From the NCBI GenBank assembly GCA_965116435.1, contig OZ220686.1, positions 1,594,844 to 1,658,843 of the forward strand: a stretch of 64,000 nt of DNA, written 5' to 3'. The stretch is from Rhodothermales bacterium (GTDB lineage: Bacteria; Bacteroidota; Rhodothermia; Rhodothermales; VXPQ01). The notes beneath the pieces were generated by a model that was not told the origin of the DNA, made no database searches, and saw nothing but the letters and a program-made list of their open reading frames with translations. This document shows, one piece after another, positions 62,368 to 64,000 of the stretch (position 1 is the stretch's first letter; every line of letters begins with the position of its first letter). The position numbers were made by a program, and so were the translations under genes.

Positions 62368-64000
62368 CTAATCTTTGCCGTCGTGATCGGCGGTATCAGC
62401 GACCTGTATCACCGGTTTACCCATCGCCTTCTCGACCAATCGACTCAGACGCTGACGACGATCCTCAAGAAAATCATCGAACGCGTCTTGACGCAGGAAA
62501 CTCGGCGAGAGGGCATGACTTCTCAACAGTTGATCCATTTGTCCGTCATCCAGGGCAACCTGCTCTTCCGCTTGGATACGGGGCAGGTATTGAGACGGGG
62601 CTTGTCCTCCCAGCTTGCGATTCGCTTTGTAAGAGATCGGTGTCTTGTTGAGGATGCTCTGATATCGCTCCCAAGGAATGCGGTGCTTCTTGCACCACGC
62701 CAACGGAAAAATGTGATGGATATCCAACGGAAGCCCGTCATCATCCAACTCCCGAACAGATGCCTTCCAGAACCAATCCCTCGCGCCTTCCCGCAACACG
62801 AGCACGTTGATTCCCTTGTACGCTGCGCTTAGCCGCGTTCGCAATGTGTCGAAACGCTCCGGTTGGAAGTTGGCATCGCGGGCTGTCCGCGGAAGAGCGT
62901 CGTCGTCCTCAAACCACGCGAGCAATTCCTCGTAGTCGTTGGCCATGCGCGTCTCGACCGCGCCGCCGTAAAGTTCTCCCAGTACTCCAGACCAGAACCA
63001 CCGCGCTATTTTGTCGTAGATTCGCGGCTCAAGCCATCTTTCCCCCAAGTGTGTCAACACCGCTGCCAGTGGGACAAGCTGCGTCGTGTAGGGCAACTCT
63101 CTGCGATGGTAGAAACACTCTTTTCGCAGGAATCGCGCAGCCTTCAGAAACCCCGTCTCCAGCCCGTCCGCCCAGAGTTCCCAAGCCTCCCTGCGCAGCC
63201 TCAAGATGTCCGCTCTCTTCGCACTGACAGGGCGTATTTTCTTTCCAACCTTGCCGTCTTCAATGTCCGACAGCCTCAGTTTATGAGTGTGCAGAAGGCT
63301 GATGCCTTGGAGAAACTCCGTCGCTTCCACGCCCTTGAGGAGTGGGTCTACCTCCAGTCGTTCCTTGCGCGAATCAACATTGCGTACCTTTGAACCGAAC
63401 CAATCGTCCCTCAGGTTGTAGCCCTCTGCGGCGTAGCTCGCAGTCACAAGTTCGAAAACCGTAAGCTGTACCCCGCCAGTGTTGACTTTTTCGAATACCA
63501 GGCAGACGGCTTCCTTGGCAATCTCCTTCTTGAGTTGTATAACGGGAATATGGTACTCGCGGAAAGGTACGAGCACCTGGTCCTGGAACTCCAAATAGAT
63601 TCCGATTTGGTCTGGCGCTACACGAAACAAGGATTTCAGCCACGCGTCCGAATTCATGATACTACTGCACGGAAAGTAAAGCTGGCGACATTCCAAATCC
63701 GTCGTGGACAAATCTATATTTACATCTCTGCCGAAATTGGTACGCTGCTGGCGGTTCTCATCGACTGCAATCACGGCATCGTGCAGTGCGTCGGGATTCT
63801 CCACGGCTTTCTTGATATTGAAATAGTAGTGCCGTCTGATCTCCTTGCCCTTGGAATTCCGGGTGCGTACCGGCTCTTTGAGTGAAATAGCTTGAGTGAG
63901 TGTGGTGAGACGTTGCTGACCGTCAAGAATCAAATTTTCCAGCGATTGATCCGTCGGCACCTTGTTTTCCAGGCCTTCCACGGGTCTGGTCTGGAAGTTG
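62368..64000 (-). CDS. GmrSD-type type IV (modification-dependent) restriction enzyme, DUF262 + DUF1524; 5' end lies beyond the window
   Basis: LILDGQQRLTTL (DUF262/ParB-like DGQQR motif) near the window edge. C-terminal His-Me/HNH-like LDIHHIFPLAWC...ILNKTPISYKANRKLG (DUF1524). Confidence 0.82.
   Translation of the reverse strand, partial: NFQTRPVEGLENKVPTDQSLENLILDGQQRLTTLTQAISLKEPVRTRNSKGKEIRRHYYFNIKKAVENPDALHDAVIAVDENRQQRTNFGRDVNIDLSTTDLECRQLYFPCSSIMNSDAWLKSLFRVAPDQIGIYLEFQDQVLVPFREYHIPVIQLKKEIAKEAVCLVFEKVNTGGVQLTVFELVTASYAAEGYNLRDDWFGSKVRNVDSRKERLEVDPLLKGVEATEFLQGISLLHTHKLRLSDIEDGKVGKKIRPVSAKRADILRLRREAWELWADGLETGFLKAARFLRKECFYHRRELPYTTQLVPLAAVLTHLGERWLEPRIYDKIARWFWSGVLGELYGGAVETRMANDYEELLAWFEDDDALPRTARDANFQPERFDTLRTRLSAAYKGINVLVLREGARDWFWKASVRELDDDGLPLDIHHIFPLAWCKKHRIPWERYQSILNKTPISYKANRKLGGQAPSQYLPRIQAEEQVALDDGQMDQLLRSHALSPSFLRQDAFDDFLEDRRQRLSRLVEKAMGKPVIQVADTADHDGKD

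Overview
High-GC (about 63-67% by eye) bacterial chromosomal window. It looks Bacteroidota/Rhodothermota-like: a T9SS-type C-terminal sorting domain, a PorV-like outer membrane protein, and CarboxypepD_reg-type TonB-dependent receptors. Core content: a TroABCD/Mnt-type metal ABC importer; a CcmF-family heme lyase; proS; aspS; tRNA-Lys and tRNA-Leu; a JAMM plus Ubl-E1-rhodanese module; an aldo-keto reductase; a PQQ-type sugar dehydrogenase; amtB-glnK; dnaA with an upstream AT-rich/DnaA-box region; and a long minus-strand cluster (36-53 kb). That cluster encodes a SusD-less TonB receptor, a T9SS-CTD protein, PorV-like, PfkB kinase, RhaT-like permease, FGE-like protein, two unknowns and a 1330-aa PmoA-like/dehydrogenase/cytochrome c fusion. 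Two segments are visibly lower in GC and look accessory. (i) 15.3-22.6 kb: an ABC-type ATPase plus a small DUF4276/Toprim-like partner, then a squalene synthase and three tandem MpaB/Lcp-family (DUF2236) oxygenase paralogs, the third frameshifted. (ii) 54.7-64.0 kb: a defence/mobile island with a type II R-M locus (two beta-class methyltransferases flanking a PD-(D/E)xK-like nuclease), a UDG-superfamily-like gene, a small membrane protein, nested IS3/IS5-family debris, rmuC and a GmrSD-type (DUF262/DUF1524) type IV restriction gene that runs off the window. Most interesting to me: DtxR-like winged-helix tails fused to both metal-transporter permeases; the squalene synthase + 3x MpaB-like cluster; the Ubl-E1 fusion next to a JAMM peptidase; and the restriction gene whose 5' region is a captured IS3 left end, inside a cassette bracketed by inverted IS ends. 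No rRNA and no CRISPR array seen. All family assignments come from motif recognition by eye, not from searches.
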